From the NCBI GenBank assembly GCA_044229845.1, contig JBGASG010000006.1, positions 268,102-332,101 of the forward strand: a stretch of 64,000 bases of DNA, given 5' to 3'. The notes under the pieces were generated by a model that saw only the letters and a list, made by a program, of their open reading frames with translations, was not told the DNA's origin and did no database searches. The first letter of the stretch is position 1, and every line of letters begins with the position of its first letter. Below, in pieces: positions 10,001-17,971 of this stretch. The position numbers and the translations under genes were made by a program. The DNA is from Candidatus Obscuribacteraceae bacterium. GTDB taxonomy: Bacteria; Cyanobacteriota; Vampirovibrionia; Obscuribacterales; Obscuribacteraceae.

Positions 10001-10680
10001 GCATTCGCTTCAGGTGTTTCGTTGTGCCCGTCACCATTGCCGTTTTTCACCGGAATCACAGGCAAGGGCGGCGGCTGTGTTGCCGTCGCTGTCGCAGTCG
10101 AAGTCTTCACTTCGCCTCCGGCTTTAATCACCGGCCAGGCAACCCGCGCTTCCTGCACGAATTGCGCGGAACTGTTGGCTGCGGCAGCATTGGCGCGGGC
10201 ATCTTCCAGATTGTTCGCCTCCGGCAGATCGACGAACTGCCAGAGAGGAAACATCAGCTGGTAGGCGCGGCGCACCGTCAGGGGATCACAGGAGCCCACG
10301 CACTGGAACGTTCCCCGGGAGTCGTCTTCGCCGCCGGCATTGTCGAGCTCGCGACCGTAGAGGACCAGGCACAAAGATTTGCTCTCCACCATGAAGCAAA
10401 ACTCGTCATGCTTGTCTTGCCTGTCTTCGGAAAACATTGAGACACAAAAGGCATCGGTCATCAGCTGGCGGTAACCTGGACCTTCTGGAAGCAGGCGGCG
10501 CGCGCTGCGGCTGGACCAGAATGTAAAAATCGGAGACCATCCCTGTTTCAGGACCATTCCCTCGATTTTGCGAATGAAAAGCAGAAACAATTCGGGCGGC
10601 AAATGGCTCACTGCCAGCGATCCGGGGCCGGACTGCTGGACGAGCATCATGAAAAGTTGGGAGCGGTCTCTATCAGCCAT
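7042..10680 (-). CDS. Diguanylate cyclase: DICT-like sensor + three GAF domains + GGDEF + degenerate HD-GYP
   Basis: AVTDPMTGLYNRRYF, DLDFLKKINDTLGHQFGD, RDVD I-site, RYGGEEF; C-terminal HEHWDGTGYP and SDRPYRKA. Confidence 0.9.
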   Translation of the reverse strand: MADRDRSQLFMMLVQQSGPGSLAVSHLPPELFLLFIRKIEGMVLKQGWSPIFTFWSSRSARRLLPEGPGYRQLMTDAFCVSMFSEDRQDKHDEFCFMVESKSLCLVLYGRELDNAGGEDDSRGTFQCVGSCDPLTVRRAYQLMFPLWQFVDLPEANNLEDARANAAAANSSAQFVQEARVAWPVIKAGGEVKTSTATATATQPPPLPVIPVKNGNGDGHNETPEANARYVDLTQMSSEDGPIVPPDTAPDPVSGLSVPAPPKDKDKDKDKSKQKRDNKALKDLRQVWTNISDEERIVFPPDAQKIIRDIVGQLRHSSDLSSILQMTIEGLTDVSHADRGLIWQVVGDQLTVTNEHAPNGHTCFSGTNLGSQESTAIVLDFLSRFPDEGGTGVIGNPDTGQDQKLHKMSPTLASLVELGGVKARLVAQLRCRGIFSGFLELQQCSSTRDWSEEDAAILQSVAEVLSFVVQQAFDLSKIEQDADEMKLINEISSLFRESKGQRSQDTLAKSVMLVAEHMGFTHSQIYLFNEEEQNLQSQMADSSQSETVDLSAKDNPFVQVFESGRGKVVNAEYTRKGDPFFGHDTALIVPLLSEGERLGVLGLWERSPGTSAFRAQDRELALTIAGNLASIIRADQAIAQIRADRAREQLINRVSQEIRQSIKELDQIFETLVNLLTEHLKLDLCVVSLFDQQNNSFVNSKITGDLTNAEEPLTAHFAEQLFEAVMEHLQKGQIIILYPDDIREKLAPLEIVPPGMIKMITLVPLVQGESFKGALCMVSCERARPFAVKDMKMIQDLADRVAVVVTHKELFEQVERQAVTDPMTGLYNRRYFQEQLVRELDRNQRFGHPFSYIILDLDFLKKINDTLGHQFGDAAIKHIAAVLKKSIRDVDTTARYGGEEFVVLLPETDVAGARIVADRMCASIREKEVEGIGTVTASIGVATYPVDAQDAAHLTELADQALYLAKHRGRNQVCSVSEDLLPTLDESGEKTVPEPKRDAPLKPKTEELASIDLKLIAEHGLLGILGAVVKMIEARDAYTTERSPRAADYATRIAASLHLSKDHSTIISLAAILHNVGKIAVDEQILQKKGPLTEEERKIIETAPTIGAKILEPAKHLFRVASVVEAYHEHWDGTGYPKGLKGEEIPLESRIVALADAYVAMTSDRPYRKALSKEEAMKLIADGANKEWDPRLVKIFLNLLGRESSAGGTAAGA

Positions 10681-10874
10681 CTGTGAGTAACCAGGCGAGC
10701 TTCCCCGCCGTTTCCTGCATCCCCCATTTCTTCTGTTACCCGGCTTTCCAGCCCACTAACCATTAGCTATAGATATGGCCTTAATACTAATTACCTGAGA
10801 CTTGTCCCGAACATGGAAAACGGGCGACAATGGGTCCTTTCCGTCTTTTGTAATGCCTGGGGGCGCCACTGGCT

Positions 10875-11525
10875 TTGGACCCGAAGATTTACCAGGAAAA
10901 TGTCGATTTTTGGGACAGGGCTTGGAAACCAGTCAAGACCCCGTACACCCAGATGCCCGACCTGCCTTACATCGAGAAGGTCCCGTATCGGCTCAATGCC
11001 GCAAAATGTCAGCAGGTGCTCGATTTAGGCTGCGGAAGCGGCTGGCTGTCGATTTTTCTGGGCAGGGCCGGAATCAACGTACTGGGCGTTGACATCGCCG
11101 ACCAGGCCATTAATTTAGCCCGCGCCTGGGCAGAGCAGGAAGATCTCGTTCACGTTAAGTTCGAGGTCGGGGATATTTCGTCGATGAACTACAAGCCGGG
11201 TTCATTTGATGCGGTCGTCGCCAACTCGATTTTTGAACACCTGCCACACGACATGGCCGACCGGACGCTCAGTGACTTATACAAAATTTTGAAACCGGGC
11301 GGTCTGCTTTTCGCCTGCTTCGACAAGGTCGGCGGTGGACCCGGTGAGTATTACGAACTGGAAGACGGCACGCACGTCTACACGGACAAAGGTCGCAAGG
11401 GCATGCTGCTGCGCTACTTCAGCGATGATGAATTGCGCGAGCTGCTCGACGATTGGGTGATCGAATCGTTTGACACCATAGAAAGTGGCAGTCGCATCGT
11501 CTGGGCGAGCACCCGCGAAGGCTAG
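10875..11525 (+). CDS. Class I SAM-dependent methyltransferase
   Basis: VLDLGCGSG, GVDIA, SFDAVV, LKPGGLL. Confidence 0.9.
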   Translation: MDPKIYQENVDFWDRAWKPVKTPYTQMPDLPYIEKVPYRLNAAKCQQVLDLGCGSGWLSIFLGRAGINVLGVDIADQAINLARAWAEQEDLVHVKFEVGDISSMNYKPGSFDAVVANSIFEHLPHDMADRTLSDLYKILKPGGLLFACFDKVGGGPGEYYELEDGTHVYTDKGRKGMLLRYFSDDELRELLDDWVIESFDTIESGSRIVWASTREG

Positions 11526-12643
11526 TTCTCTTCGGTATCAGATGCGGTGCGCGCCAGTACCTGCACTGAACGATAGGGAATCGATGCAAAGACATCGGTG
11601 TCTTCCAAGAACTCGTTGCCTGGCTCATTGCGGCAGAGCGCGGTCAACTTCACGTCCTCCGTCACGCGCAATTTGTATTCGCTAACCGTGCCCTGATAGC
11701 TGCAAGTGGTGATCCGCACCGGCAAGCGATTGCCACTGCCTGCGATACTGTCATTATCGGTATGCAGATGCACATCATTAGAGCGAATCCAGATATCCAC
11801 ATCACTGCCGGTGGTGACAGGAAAGGACGGTGCGACGGCCGTAAGCTCGACCGAGTTCTTAACCTTAACCCGCACCAGTTGGCTTTCCACGTCGATAACC
11901 GTGCCACTGAAAACGTTGGTTTCGCCGATGAAGTCGGCAACAAAAATCGTGCGCGGATACTCGTAAATCTCTTGGGGCGTTCCCAATTGCTCGAGATGAC
12001 CAGCCGACAAGACTGCGATCTTGTCGGATAACGCCAGCGCTTCCGATTGATCGTGGGTGACCATCACGAATGTAATGTCGAGGTTCTTTTTAAAGCGCGC
12101 CAGTTCTTCCTGCATCTCATCGCGCACTTTCGGATCCAGCGCCGAGAGCGGTTCATCGAGGAGCAGCACCGAGGGACGGTTGACGATGGCGCGCGCGAAG
12201 GCGACGCGTTGCTGTTGTCCGCCCGATAGTTCGCGCGGATAGCGATCTTCTTTGCCTTTGAGGCGCACCAGGTCGAGCGCCCATTTGACCCGCTCCGGAA
12301 TCTCCGCCGGCGGACAGGACTTTTGCACCTTCAAGCCGAACGCAATATTGTCCACTACGTTCAAATGCGGAAAGAGCGCGTAGCTCTGGAACACCATATT
12401 GACCGGACGCCGGTGCGCAGGCACTTTCGCCATGTCCTTGCCGGCGATGAACACTTGCCCGCGTGTCGGGAACTCGAAGCCGGCAATCATTCGCAAGAGC
12501 GTTGTTTTGCCGCAGCCCGACGGACCCAGCAACGAAAAGAAATCGCCGGCATCGATATCGATGCTGACGTCTTTGACCGCGGTCATGCCCCCGAAGTCTT
12601 TACTGACGTCAACGATTCTGACGGCCTTATCTGCTTGGCTCAA
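11522..12643 (-). CDS. potA: Polyamine ABC transporter ATP-binding protein (PotA family)
   Basis: GPSGCGKTT, PAHRRPVNMVFQSYALFPHL, LSGGQQQRVA, LLLDEPLSALD; TOBE-like C-terminus. Confidence 0.85.
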   Translation of the reverse strand: MSQADKAVRIVDVSKDFGGMTAVKDVSIDIDAGDFFSLLGPSGCGKTTLLRMIAGFEFPTRGQVFIAGKDMAKVPAHRRPVNMVFQSYALFPHLNVVDNIAFGLKVQKSCPPAEIPERVKWALDLVRLKGKEDRYPRELSGGQQQRVAFARAIVNRPSVLLLDEPLSALDPKVRDEMQEELARFKKNLDITFVMVTHDQSEALALSDKIAVLSAGHLEQLGTPQEIYEYPRTIFVADFIGETNVFSGTVIDVESQLVRVKVKNSVELTAVAPSFPVTTGSDVDIWIRSNDVHLHTDNDSIAGSGNRLPVRITTCSYQGTVSEYKLRVTEDVKLTALCRNEPGNEFLEDTDVFASIPYRSVQVLARTASDTEEN

Positions 12644-14271
12644 CTGCCGGACTTTCCTTTCATGTCCCGAATGAGAAATGCGATTTGCAAATTTAGCAGA
12701 ACTTCCGGCGAATCGATGTCAACTTTCAAGATGTCGGCAATTTGCTCGAGCCGATACCGCATCGTATGGCGGTGGATAAACAGCGCCTTGGCAGCGGAGT
12801 TGAGATTGGCGCCCTGTTGCAGGTAGACGCGCAGAGTCTCTACCAGTTCGCTTTCCCATTCGGTATCGTAGGACTCAAGAGGGGCCAGGCTTTCTTCGTA
12901 AAACCGGTCCAGCTCATAATGGTCGATGAGCAGATAGAGCAAGCGCTTGATGCCCAGGTCACCGTAGCCGAGCACGAATTCCTTGCCGGGATGAATTGTG
13001 GAACCGATGATCAGCGCCTGCCGCGCCTCTCGATAAGAATCCGAGACATCCAGCAATGTGGCGGCCAGGCGCCCGGCGCCGACCTGCACGACCAGCTCGG
13101 GTTTACGAGCTTTCAGTGAAGAAACCAACTTGTCGGCTTCCTGCTGCCAGGTGGTGCCGTTCTTGGCGTGATATGGCAGGACGAAAACTCGTTGCGCTTC
13201 CACCTCGACCCAGGCAATCGATTCATCTAAAGGCGCCAGCGCTTCCTTGGCGGACTGCTCGGGGATCATATTGAGCGCGTAGATCAAAAATCCATCGCAC
13301 AGATCAAAGCCGTATTGCTGCTCCAGACGTTCTTGATCACCGGTGGAAACAACCCTTCCCGAAATCAAATCTTTGAGCAGTCCGCGATGCGTGGCGGCAA
13401 ACGTGGACACCTCACGGCGCCTGTGACTGAAGTCGACCAGTGTGGCCAGCGCCGCCGGTCCCAGGTATTCGGAGATGCCGGTCACATCATCGGAGGGACG
13501 GATCATAACGGAGAGATAGCCGACCACAACGCCTTCGAACAAAATGGGCATCACCAGCCGGCGCCCGATGCGCACAGGCTGTTCAGGAAACACCGTCGGC
13601 TCGTCTTCTTGCGAACGCCACTGGCGATTGATTTCGTCCGCGATTTCTTCGGTGAGCACCTTCTGTTGATTGAGCGGTGTTGGTCCCAAATTCTCGGCTG
13701 CCAGAATTTTGAAGTCGGTGTCTTCCACCGCCACCGGGCGGTTGATGATGCGGGACAACTCCTCCACCAGGGATGAGAGACCGCCCTCCAGAACCAGCGA
13801 AACAAAGTATTGATGCAGTCTCGACGAAGCTTTCTTGATCTCGCTGAGAAACGCTCCGCGCACTTCATCCACGATCCCCGAGGCATCACCAATGCCGGAC
13901 AGTGCAATCAGGGGAGTTTTGGCCGCGACGCAATGCTGCTGCAGGCGCTCCAGTTCTATATCGACACCGACGGATTGCTGCGACGGCCTGACCGCGCCGC
14001 CCGATCCGACACTGGCTAAAGCCGCCTGCGGTGCCGGTTTGACGACCAGCAGGCCGGCCAGCTCCTTGAGCTGCGCGGAGTCGGCGATCACGATATCTTC
14101 GGCGCGTGACACAACCAGCGTGCCGGGACGCGCGCTGGTCATGCCGGAAACAACCTGTGCCACCTGGCGATCGAGCAACTCATCGCCATAGACGACACTG
14201 GCTTCCGACAACGCTTCCGCGCTAAGCAACTGGCGCAGAGTTGGCTGTAGAACTACGCGACCCGCAGTCAT
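12640..14271 (-). CDS. PucR/CdaR family transcriptional regulator
   Basis: C-terminal LVETLRVYL...NLNSAAKALFIHRHTMRYRLEQI HTH; SYREARQAL; PucR-type N-terminus. Confidence 0.88.
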   Translation of the reverse strand: MTAGRVVLQPTLRQLLSAEALSEASVVYGDELLDRQVAQVVSGMTSARPGTLVVSRAEDIVIADSAQLKELAGLLVVKPAPQAALASVGSGGAVRPSQQSVGVDIELERLQQHCVAAKTPLIALSGIGDASGIVDEVRGAFLSEIKKASSRLHQYFVSLVLEGGLSSLVEELSRIINRPVAVEDTDFKILAAENLGPTPLNQQKVLTEEIADEINRQWRSQEDEPTVFPEQPVRIGRRLVMPILFEGVVVGYLSVMIRPSDDVTGISEYLGPAALATLVDFSHRRREVSTFAATHRGLLKDLISGRVVSTGDQERLEQQYGFDLCDGFLIYALNMIPEQSAKEALAPLDESIAWVEVEAQRVFVLPYHAKNGTTWQQEADKLVSSLKARKPELVVQVGAGRLAATLLDVSDSYREARQALIIGSTIHPGKEFVLGYGDLGIKRLLYLLIDHYELDRFYEESLAPLESYDTEWESELVETLRVYLQQGANLNSAAKALFIHRHTMRYRLEQIADILKVDIDSPEVLLNLQIAFLIRDMKGKSGS

Positions 14272-14531
14272 AAGTACATCACTTGCAATTACTACTTCAA
14301 TTGTAATACGCCGACATTACCAGCCAGCCCCGCGGGCTGCTGACAACCCAACCGTCCTTCTCGGACATAGGCATCTGTCGTCATAGAGACGGCTTTTCAT
14401 TAAACTGACAAATTTTTCACGTGGCCCTATTGAGCTTGGCAACCGTTTTCGGCAGAATTAATTCACCTTCATCCACTTGGCTCCGGTCACCCCATGCGCG
14501 TTGTCCACGCAGCATCTAGAAAGACGCACCC

Positions 14532-14696
14532 ATGAAACCCTACGTCAAATCCTTCGAGGACCGCCTGATCGGCATCTTCGAACAGAAAGCCGAAGAGTTC
14601 AGCCGTTTCGCAGAAGAAAGACCCCAGACCGCCATCGTTACTAATCAGCTCGCCGGACTTTATCGTGACCTCGTCGCTTCCATGCGTAAGTCCTAA
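14532..14696 (+). CDS. Small hypothetical protein (54 aa), absent from the ORF track
   Basis: MKPYVKSFEDRLIGIFEQKAEEFSRFAEERPQTAIVTNQLAGLYRDLVASMRKS; C-ending codon bias; followed by a terminator. Confidence 0.7.
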   Translation: MKPYVKSFEDRLIGIFEQKAEEFSRFAEERPQTAIVTNQLAGLYRDLVASMRKS

Positions 14697-14723
14697 GTAA
14701 TCCTCCAAAATCCACACTGCTTC

Positions 14724-14751
14724 AAAAAAGGGCGCACTTTGCGCCCTTTTT
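14724..14751. terminator. Bidirectional intrinsic terminator
   Basis: AAAAAAGGGCGCA-CTT-TGCGCCCTTTTT. Confidence 0.85.
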
Positions 14752-14776
14752 GCATCGCCGCCCCGTCTCACACCCC

Positions 14777-14840
14777 AAGCGATATCGCTTTAACTCCGCG
14801 GAGCCTCATCCAAGCTCAAGCGATATCGCTTGAGCTTGGA
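14777..14840. repeat. Two copies of the palindrome AAGCGATATCGCTT; the second sits inside a perfect 32-bp palindrome
   Basis: 14777-14790, and TCCAAGCTCAAGCGATATCGCTTGAGCTTGGA at 14809-14840. Confidence 0.9.
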
Positions 14841-14981
14841 CACCCTGACATGGAGGCTAATCTAATCGGTGCACCAGTCGGGCGTTTTGGTCGTTTCTTA
14901 GTGAATTTCCCATGGACATGGCTTGTCAGAGGGTTTATTCTTTCCACACTTGATTTCTGCCTCTAACTCCCAGGGAGAGCA

Positions 14982-15248
14982 ATGTTCGAGACATTAGCCA
15001 CGATTATCGCCACCGTTGTTGCGGTTTATCTGCTGCTGACAGCCGCGTTCCCCGACCGTTTCGTGCCCAAGCGCAAGAACAAAGATGAGTTCTACGGAGC
15101 TAACGAATGGGGCGTCTACGAGGGTGCCTCCACCGACGTGCCGAAGGCGCATAAGACGATCAAGAAACCAAAGCCAAACGGCAAAGAACGCGTCATCGCC
15201 GGCAGCGGCATGTACGCCATGGGCAAGGGCATCAGCTTCCGCAGATAA
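14982..15248 (+). CDS. Small single-pass membrane hypothetical protein
   Basis: GGGAG RBS; N-terminal TM helix followed by a basic soluble tail. Confidence 0.7.
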   Translation: MFETLATIIATVVAVYLLLTAAFPDRFVPKRKNKDEFYGANEWGVYEGASTDVPKAHKTIKKPKPNGKERVIAGSGMYAMGKGISFRR

Positions 15249-15291
15249 GTGGCGGGCACTGCATGTGGTGCTAGTTCTCTGACGCGATCGA

Positions 15292-15879
15292 TTACTTGAC
15301 GAGGCGCTGCACAGCCTTGAATTGCTCCGTGCCGGCTTCGCGCAGCATCTCGAACAGCGCGATTTCCACGCAAGATGGAATCGCTCCGGAAGACATCATT
15401 TTTTCCCAGCCGATGTCACGATTGCGCTGCGACCGGCTGGCGATGGCGTCCGACACGACATGCACGACATACCCGTGCTCCATGAGTTCGTGCACCGTCA
15501 GCGACACGCAAACGTGAGCCTCGATGCCGCAAACAATGATCTGTGATCGTCCCAGGTTCTCGACGGTGTCAAGAAACCCGGTCGCCTGACAGCAGGAGAA
15601 GGCGTTCTTTTCGAAATACTTGTGTTCGCCCAGGCAAGCTCCGATTTCGGAAATCGTCTTGCCCAGCCCCTGCGGATACTGTTCGGTGAGGATGACGGGA
15701 ATCTTGAGAATCTTCGCCGCTTCCGCGAGGATGGTAATGTTGCGCGTCAGGATGTCGAGGTCGCGCAGCTGCTTTCTGAAACCCTCTTGCACATCAACGA
15801 TGAGCAATGCTGCCTCTTTGGCGTCAAGAATGCGCGACGTTGCCGGTGCAACCTCCGACTTGTTTTTGGTCTTTTGCAA
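15292..15879 (-). CDS. Isochorismatase-family hydrolase
   Basis: LLIVDVQE, TEQYPQGLGKT, KNAFSC, GIEAHVCV. Start uncertain (15879 or 15909). Confidence 0.9.
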   Translation of the reverse strand: MQKTKNKSEVAPATSRILDAKEAALLIVDVQEGFRKQLRDLDILTRNITILAEAAKILKIPVILTEQYPQGLGKTISEIGACLGEHKYFEKNAFSCCQATGFLDTVENLGRSQIIVCGIEAHVCVSLTVHELMEHGYVVHVVSDAIASRSQRNRDIGWEKMMSSGAIPSCVEIALFEMLREAGTEQFKAVQRLVK

Positions 15880-16008
15880 TTCGCTAGTCCTAATATCGAT
15901 GAACAACAAGTTTATTCCCTATCGAGAAGGCGGGCAACGATCCTTTAATTGGCATTAACAGGCCGGGCGCTAAGCGCCTGGCGAGTATGGTATAAACACA
16001 GGAGATAT

Positions 16009-16081
16009 GGGGCGTTAGCGCAGTTGGTAGCGCGCTTCAATGGCATTGAAGAGGTCACCGGTTCGACCCCGGTACGCTCCA
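16009..16081 (+). tRNA. tRNA-Ala (GGC), CCA not encoded
   Basis: Acceptor stem GGGGCGT/ACGCTCC with G3:U70; anticodon arm CTTCA-ATGGCAT-TGAAG; GGTTCGACCCC T arm; TGGTATAAA extended -10 upstream. Confidence 0.97.
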
Positions 16082-16089
16082 AGTCTTTC

Positions 16090-16122
16090 AAGAGCTGGTC
16101 TTTGCGGCCAGCTCTTATTTTT
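16090..16122 (+). terminator. Intrinsic terminator of tRNA-Ala
   Basis: AAGAGCTGGTC/GGCCAGCTCTT stem followed by ATTTTT. Confidence 0.8.
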
Positions 16123-16172
16123 CGTCCACACACCTTAACAGCAGGAAGTCAGGACGAGCCCTAGCTGCGGGT

Positions 16173-16988
16173 TCAGTAGCCTTCGGACTGGTAATCGAGT
16201 CCAGCCGCCAGTTCTTTGACGCGTTCGACGGAAGACTGCACCGTGCCGTCATTGCGCAACTCCAGCCAACGGTAGCCAGGAGCGGCGCGATCCAGCGAAA
16301 AGTCCTCGGTGCGCGGCTCGAATTGCACGCAGGTTGAAGGCGAAGCCATGAGTTTCACCTGGTTTCTCATGCCGTCGAACTGTTGATGAATGTGCCCCCA
16401 CAAGACCGCTCGCACATTCTCGTGACGATCGGCGACTCTCCAGAAGTCTTCGGAGTTTTCGACGCAAATGCCGTCCAACCAGGCGGCTCCCACGGGCACC
16501 GGATGGTGGTGCATGCAGACCAATGCATGTTTGTCCGGATTTGCCTGCAGCGCCTCGTCCAACAAATCCAGCTGGTCCTGCTCCAGGCGCCCACCCACTT
16601 CGTTTTCAACCAGCGTGTCGAGCATGACGATCAGCCAGTCACCCGAGACGATCACCTTATCCGGGCGAATATCAGCCGGGCTCTGCTCGAACGCATCGTG
16701 CATGACGCCGCGCTTGTCATGGTTTCCCGGCAGGAAATAGGCCGGTGCTTCCAGCACCGTGAGCGCCCGCGCCAGGCGACGATAAGACTCACCGGTCTCA
16801 TCCTGTGAGAGATCACCGGTTAGCAAGTAGAGGTCGGGGGTGCCCCGCTGTTCCAGTGAAAGGTGCAGAACCTGGCGAAACGTGTCCGAAGTGTCAACGC
16901 CCATGAGGCGTCCTTCGGACGCTCCGAAGAAGTGCGTGTCCGTGAATTGCACTATGCGCAATGGCTGTCCACTGCCGTTGTTCTGCAT
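16173..16988 (-). CDS. cpdA: 3',5'-cyclic-AMP phosphodiesterase
   Basis: QFTDTH, TGDLSQD, LPGNHD, HHHP, LWGHIHQ, SPSTCVQF, APGYRWLEL, terminal SEGY. Confidence 0.88.
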   Translation of the reverse strand: MQNNGSGQPLRIVQFTDTHFFGASEGRLMGVDTSDTFRQVLHLSLEQRGTPDLYLLTGDLSQDETGESYRRLARALTVLEAPAYFLPGNHDKRGVMHDAFEQSPADIRPDKVIVSGDWLIVMLDTLVENEVGGRLEQDQLDLLDEALQANPDKHALVCMHHHPVPVGAAWLDGICVENSEDFWRVADRHENVRAVLWGHIHQQFDGMRNQVKLMASPSTCVQFEPRTEDFSLDRAAPGYRWLELRNDGTVQSSVERVKELAAGLDYQSEGY

Positions 16989-17104
16989 GAGGGCACTCTT
17001 TCAAACTCATACAAGCTTACCTCAGTGACCCCATTTCTTGTAGTGGAGGGTTGGGGAACGGCGAGCGGGGCGATTGAAGCGTCAAACCGCTAAAATTGCT
17101 AGTT

Positions 17105-17971
17105 ATGCGAAAGAGTCTGGTTGCCTTAGTTTTACTCGCAGTTGGGCTGCTGTTAATTTTGCTGCAACTGGTAGGCAGCGTGCCGGATTTACTGAAAACC
17201 GTCGGACTCCACGTGCAAACCCCAGCCAGCTATGCCTTCCCTGAATACGACCGGGCTTTGAAATCCTGCGTCAAGGGGAACCTGGTCGACTACAAAAGCT
17301 TGCAACAATCCGGCGATCTGGGCGCCGCGGTAAAGGCTTTGGAGACCATCAGTCCGGACAAATTGAGCAACGACGAAGATAAGCTGCCCTTCTGGATCAA
17401 TGCTCATAACCTGTTGGTCCTGAAAAATATCTCGGACCATTACCCGATTGTAGACACCCGCCAACTGGGACAAAGCACCAGCATGCGGCGCTTCATCGTG
17501 GGCGGCAAGCTTTATACAATTCAGGATATCGAGATTGACAAGCTTTATCCGCTTGCCACCAAATATGATGCGCTGTCAGTGTTTCTGATCAGCAACGGCG
17601 CCCGGGGCGGGCCGCCTTTGCTCGACCACGCCATTCAGCCCTCGGCAGGCAAGACCGAAGCAGAGCGAGCCGCTCGCGCCTTCGCCACCGACCCGCATAA
17701 CGCCTCACTGGATGAGACCAAAACTTCCTTCTATATTTCGCGCTACTACAAAATGGTCGACCGAACTTTGAAACGTGACTATCCAAATGCATTCGCTCTA
17801 GTGGGTTCATTCTTGCCTGAAGACATGCGCATGATCATCGGGCTTCCCGGTGAAAAGCTGCGTTATTTCAGCGAATTCGACACCCGGTTGAACGATTGCT
17901 CGCAGCCGATTCCTCAGCCCAGTGCACAGCCCCCCGCAGATACGAAAGAAGTACAGCATGCCGCGCCATAA
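17105..17971 (+). CDS. DUF547-like exported protein
   Basis: N-terminal TM/signal; LVDYKSL, FWINAHN, TIQDIE, GGPPL pattern. Confidence 0.7.
   Translation: MRKSLVALVLLAVGLLLILLQLVGSVPDLLKTVGLHVQTPASYAFPEYDRALKSCVKGNLVDYKSLQQSGDLGAAVKALETISPDKLSNDEDKLPFWINAHNLLVLKNISDHYPIVDTRQLGQSTSMRRFIVGGKLYTIQDIEIDKLYPLATKYDALSVFLISNGARGGPPLLDHAIQPSAGKTEAERAARAFATDPHNASLDETKTSFYISRYYKMVDRTLKRDYPNAFALVGSFLPEDMRMIIGLPGEKLRYFSEFDTRLNDCSQPIPQPSAQPPADTKEVQHAAP

Noticed and set aside
16009..16990. tRNA-Ala as a genomic-island integration site
   Set aside because: No integrase, and no repeat of the tRNA 3' end was seen in the window.
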